Assembly (NCBI RefSeq): GCF_035594765.1
Contig: NC_085844.1
Coordinates: 10,307,923 to 10,371,922, forward strand
Direction of reading: 5' to 3'
From: Anolis carolinensis
Lineage: Eukaryota
DNA length: 64,000 nucleotides
This document shows positions 60,055 to 64,000 of this stretch, one piece after another. A program made the position numbers and the translations under genes. The notes below the pieces were generated by a model that saw only the letters and a list, made by a program, of their open reading frames with translations, did no database searches and was not told the DNA's origin. Position 1 is the first letter of the stretch; every line of letters begins with the position of its first letter.

Positions 60055-60189
60055 CAGTGGTTCTTAATCTGTGGGTCCCTGGATGTTTTGGTCTTCAATT
60101 CCCAGAAATCCAAACAACTGGTAAACTGGCTGGGATTTCTGGGAGTTGTGCACCAAAACATTTGAGGACCCACAGGTTGAGAACCACTA
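60055..60189. mobile_element. hAT-type hairpin MITE
   Basis: Inverted termini; TSD TACTATAG/TACTATAC. Confidence 0.8.
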
Positions 60190-60199
60190 TACTATACAT

Positions 60200-62315
60200 A
60201 CCATACTTGTTTATATTACTATCATTCATCTTAGTGACCCTCTCCCCCTGAGCCACTTCTTTTTATATCCTCTATTCAAAATTTGATTTCCTCTTGTGAT
60301 GGTAATTCTCCATCCTTCTTTTAAAATCCTTTTCCTACAAGTTTTTCCCAACTTCATCAAAATCATTTTTTTATATTCCTCTTTTAACTTTTAAATTACA
60401 TGTCAACTTATCATTTATTGCCAATTTCCAAAATTCCTTTTACCACTCTTCAATTTGTATATTTATTTGCCTTTTCCAATTTCTTGCTATAAGTAATCTT
60501 GCTACTGCTAATAAGTTGGATATTGCATCCTTTTCATATTTTTCAATTGTTTACATTATACAATGATAATAAAGCAATACTAAGACTTGTTTCCATTTTT
60601 ATCTTCATAATATCTTCTATTTATCTAAATGCTTTCCCCCAGAAATTGCTAACATATTTACATTGCCACCACATATGTATAAAACAGATTTAAAGATGGG
60701 CTTAAACCAACCTTAGAAACTGTGGTATAGACACCGAGAACTGGGAAGCCCTGGCCCTTGAGCACTCTCACTGGAGATCAGCTGTGACCAGCAGTGCTGC
60801 AGAATTTGAAGAGGCAAGAATAGAGGGCGAAAGGGAGAAACATGCAAAGAGGAAGGTGTGTCAAGCCAACTCTGTCTAGTACTTCCATCTGGAAACCTAT
60901 GTTAATGTTAGCTATTTTTAATATAAAATTTTATTTACATACATTAACAGCTTACAGTGAAGCAGAATACAAAACAATGAAAATTTTACAAACACATAAC
61001 CCCACCACCAAGGTCTGAACAAGTATCAGTTCCTTTACCTATTTTTACTGGTGTTTCCAGATACCATTTCCATATTAATTTATAATACTTTTCTTTAACA
61101 CATATTGATAGGTTTTTTTAAATGCCTCTGTTCCCATAGTTGTGTCCATTCCATATCACTTATTTTAATCCCCAAATCTTCTCCCCATACCCTCTTGAGA
61201 GTATTATTCTTTGTTTTTTCCTCTTTAATTTTGACTGCTATTCACTTTTCTAGTTATTCCTTTCAATTTTTTATGTTCTTCCATGTCTCTTCCATTTTGT
61301 ACCATTTGCTCAAATTGGGTAAATGTACTTCCATTTGCATTTTGTAACCAATTTTTAAACCATTACTCTAATTGTATACTCGTTTTCCAACTCTTCTATA
61401 GCTTTTTCTAAATTCTTTTTCCTTTATTCTTGTCTTTTTAAAGGTTGTCTCTTTTATATATAATCCTCATACCATCGCTTTCATCGTATCCCATAATATT
61501 CCTTTTGACACGTTCCTTTAATTCAATCCCCAAATTTCTTGCCGTTCAACTCTTATTCTGTCAACAATGTTGGTATTCAACCTCCACCTTCTCATTTTAT
61601 CATAGTCATATTTTAAAACAATTTCCACAAAAACCAAAGCATGATCAGAAACCTTTATATTTCCAATTTCAACATTTGACAATTCACTTAACATATTTAT
61701 TGAAACAAAAAAATCAGTTCTTGTATATATTCTACGTACAGCTGAGTAATATGTATATTTTTCCTCTCCCTTTATTACTCTCCACACATCTTTTAATTAC
61801 CATTTATTCATAACTTGACTTAGCTCTGTTCTATTACCATTTTAACCTTTGTCTTTTAATAGATTTATCCTTTTTTGGGTCCATATAACAATTACAACCA
61901 CCTCCAAAAATTACATATTTTGGATGAAAATTTTCTATCCCACTTAATACCTTTTCATTAAATTCCTTTTACTTTACATATGGAGCATACACATTTATTA
62001 ATACATATTTATCTTCCCCTATTTCACCATACATTATTATATATCTCCCTTCATCATCTTTCAACATTTTATTTATTGCCAAACTACATTTCTTTGCAAT
62101 TATTACAGCTACTCCTCTAGATTTAGAAATCCCAAATGATTTTTCCTCACATCTTAGCCAATTCTATTTTAATTCATTTGCTCCCTCTTTACCTTGATGT
62201 AGTTCTTGTAGAAAAATTACATCCGTTGTATCCTTCTTCAGCAAGGCTTCAATTCTCCTGCATTTAATTATACTTCCAAGACCATTTGTGTTTAAAGTTG
62301 ATATTCTTAAGAATC
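60200..62315 (-). mobile_element. Degraded, internally deleted L1 ORF2 with an RTE fragment inserted at about 60690-60900
   Basis: ISTLNTNGLGS...VIFLQELH, SDHAL and WRLN endonuclease motifs at 61520-62310; C-terminal remnants at 60300-61200. Confidence 0.7.
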
Positions 62316-62321
62316 CCTGGC

Positions 62322-62442
62322 TGTTTTTAATGAGAGCCTGGATGGCCATCTGTCAGGAATGCTTTGAGTGTTCATGCATGGCAGGGGGTTGAATTGCATG
62401 GCCCTTGTGATTTTTTTCCAACTTTGTGATTCTATGCTTCTA
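62322..62442 (+). mobile_element. CR1 3' end
   Basis: ggatggccatctgtcagg...gattctatg, homologous to 30965-31090. Confidence 0.7.
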
Positions 62443-64000
62443 CGAACCATCAACTATTTCACATCAGTTCATCCTCATGTGTCCAGATAAGATTACAGTA
62501 ATATCTGATATTTCACAAACAAGATAATTTACCTCATATATATTTGTGCGTGGAACTGGAGATATCAAAATGTAGAACTGCCTATCTGAAATCTTTAGTT
62601 GTATTTTATAGTCTTCCTACATGATTTCTGAAGAACAGGACATCCCTCTGCAAAGAGAATGATTGCCATGATAGATTTGCTTCTAATTCTTCAGACTGAG
62701 CCCTCATGGCTCAATAAGTGGCTTTGGAGAGGAGGCTGCAGCAGATGTTGAGATGGGACGTGTATGATAATTCAATTTGTTGGACTTTTATGCTAGATTG
62801 TTATGAGTTATGCTCAATACGTATGAATTACATGCGGATTATAATGTGTTAGACAATGAGATTCTTTTTGCCATAGTCTGAACTTCTTCTACGAAACAAG
62901 GGTATGAGATCTTTGATACTTGGCCATCTTGGAAGGAGTTAAGTCTCATAGGTAACGTACAAACTGGATTTTGCTGTTTCAAGCTTATCATTTTATTTAC
63001 ACTTAGGTTGGCCTCCTGCATGGAAAAAGCCAATGCCTATGCCTTTGGTATTACACAAAAACATTTCTGTTTCTTAATTTGTATATGTTTATTTTTACTG
63101 TATGTATGTATGTTCATGGCATTAAATTACTACCTTTAAATTGCTACCCACTCTTGGGGTGAGAAGAGCGGGATAAAAATGTAGTAAATAAATAAAATAA
63201 ATCAATAAACAAATTGTACTTTATAATGCCTTCATGCTTTACAAACCCATTTGTTAATTTAGTATCCAGGCTTTTGCAAAAGGCAGCATCAATTTAGTAT
63301 TCAAGTTGCGATATTCTACCAAAGGCTTTCCCTAGGATGAATGGGTAGCTAGCTGGCTAAGAAGTAATTTGATAAAGGACTTGGGGGTGAGACAGGGAGA
63401 GGTAAGGAAGTCAGCTTCAATAGAATATGTCACACATGGAATGTCCTACCTCCTTCCAGACACATTACTTTGCTCACAAATAGGAACAAAGGAGTCAGAC
63501 ATGTTTTCTGGCTACAATGAATGGGTTTCAATCATATTTTCTGTTTTGAAAAGAATAGGTCCTTTGATGATGTCTAAAACAATTTTTTGCAGAACATATC
63601 AGAACAGTATTTTATGTTTGTTCAGCAAGCACAAGCATCACATAATAATAATGTTTCTGAGAAATGCAATAGCAGATGCCTCAATATCATTCTCTGGATG
63701 TTTCAGAAAGTCTCCAGTGCATATGAAAAGTGTTTTGCACTGCTTAAAACTCCAGAGATACCTGCACTTCAAACCTGGAGGTGCTTCGGAGTACTTTTAT
63801 GTAGTTTGGAAATTGAACTCTTTGCATGCTCACATTTGGGATCTTTTGTTGCAAATTTATAGAGTAGATACGCCTTGAAATTGGGGAGGAGGAGGATAGA
63901 GAATTTAGCATCATTCTGGATGTGGGAAATAAAGTTGTCATGAATACTTTTTAAACAAAGGTTTTATTGCAATTCCAGTGTGTGACAGAGTATTTCAGAA

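Noticed and set aside
63369-63878. 169-aa ORF
   Set aside because: TTG start, no recognisable motif, and the other frames I read are also uninformative. A BLASTX search would be needed.

Overview
This is eukaryotic genomic DNA. The repeat content (Sauria-type SINEs, BovB/RTE, L2, CR1, Penelope, hAT and Tc1/mariner MITEs) points to a squamate, probably Anolis-like (inference). The window holds a tandem cluster of single-coding-exon MAS-related GPCR (MRGPR/Mas1-like) genes: two intact copies (33232-34128, 50864-51814), one copy with a tail frameshift and damaged motifs (1591-2472), one split by a full-length L1 (12464-19500), and two decayed fragments. It also holds a young full-length L1 (13185-19330), a young Tf1/sushi-group Gypsy element with identical LTRs (52676-57030), five solo LTRs with 5-bp TSDs, and many nested MITE/LINE/SINE fragments. 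The most notable signal has two parts. (1) The Gypsy element has a single gag-pol ORF with no chromodomain, a self-priming PBS, and a consensus splice donor/acceptor pair that would excise pol and join Gag in frame to an exon running into the 3' LTR. (2) Three different solo LTRs carry U3-spanning acidic ORFs, all open from LTR base 2, with short motifs resembling host chromatin-tethering motifs (a LEDGF-IBM/TIM-like 'LRDLF...DEDSFEGF' and an HMGN-like 'RRSLRIAAK'). Together these suggest a possible LTR-encoded, spliced chromatin-targeting module. That link is inference and untested. All alignments and coordinates were read by eye.
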